A stretch of 64,000 nt of DNA, taken from Psammoneis japonica (Eukaryota). Within the stretch, counting starts at the first letter, position 1. Every line of letters begins with the position of its first letter. Where the stretch lies: the NCBI GenBank assembly GCA_008632985.1, contig QPGO01000270.1:1-64000 (forward strand), in the 5' to 3' direction. The translations under genes were made by a program, and so were the position numbers. Below, in pieces: positions 63,593 through 64,000 of the stretch. The notes beneath the pieces are model-generated. The model was not told where the DNA came from and made no database searches. It saw only the letters and a list, made by a program, of their open reading frames with translations.

Positions 63593-64000
63593 CGTTGCTG
63601 TTCAACGCAAGCTCTCAACCTCCCAGCCCTTCCTCCCCCCCTTGACAACTCTCCCTGCCCTTGCAGCCATGCTGTTCTCAATGCTTTGGAGATCATGCCT
63701 CTGCATGCAAGTGCAGCCACAAGCCCAAGCTCTCCAGTGGCATCTGCAACACCATCTTGGTCCTTGCACACACCCTTGGCTCTCTTCCCAAACTTTGTCA
63801 CTCTCCCAATGATGCTCATCTTGAGCTCACAAACCTTCTTCCACATCGGCCCCTCCTTTGCCCGCTGATGTTGGCAGCACCGCCATCCCCCCTCCTGCCT
63901 CCCTTTCTGCTCCCTCCCAGCATCCACACATCACCGTCAATGCAACCTTCCCCAAAGCCCCTCCTCCTGGTCTGCCTGCCCCTCCCACTCCTGTCTCAAC

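Overview
Eukaryotic genomic DNA, very likely a diatom: it has a bipartite 'SAAF' plastid-targeting peptide, short GT-AG introns and CoDi-type Copia elements. Small gene islands (plastid GPAT, cytochrome-b5 reductase, a two-domain glycosyltransferase, a divergent Sar1, a GNAT, a DUF4116-like gene and two secreted proteins with bacterial-like domains) alternate with large repeat blocks. These blocks hold two full-length Copia LTR elements with TSDs, a Gypsy remnant, a piggyBac-like element, a Crypton-like remnant, eight copies of a ~400-bp MITE family, tandem repeats and gene-derived pseudogenes. The main signal is that repeat blocks have lost almost every TpA dinucleotide, converted to TpG or CpA (A>G on either strand). 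Conserved Tyr codons have become Cys/His, paired LTRs differ mostly at TA/TG/CA sites, and a TpA created only by an insertion junction appears converted. The effect leaks a few hundred bp into a flanking host gene, and surviving TAs are mostly YTAR. This looks like a repeat-targeted A-to-G hypermutation, the mirror image of fungal RIP. A basecalling artefact at a modified base is the alternative to exclude. All counts were made by eye.
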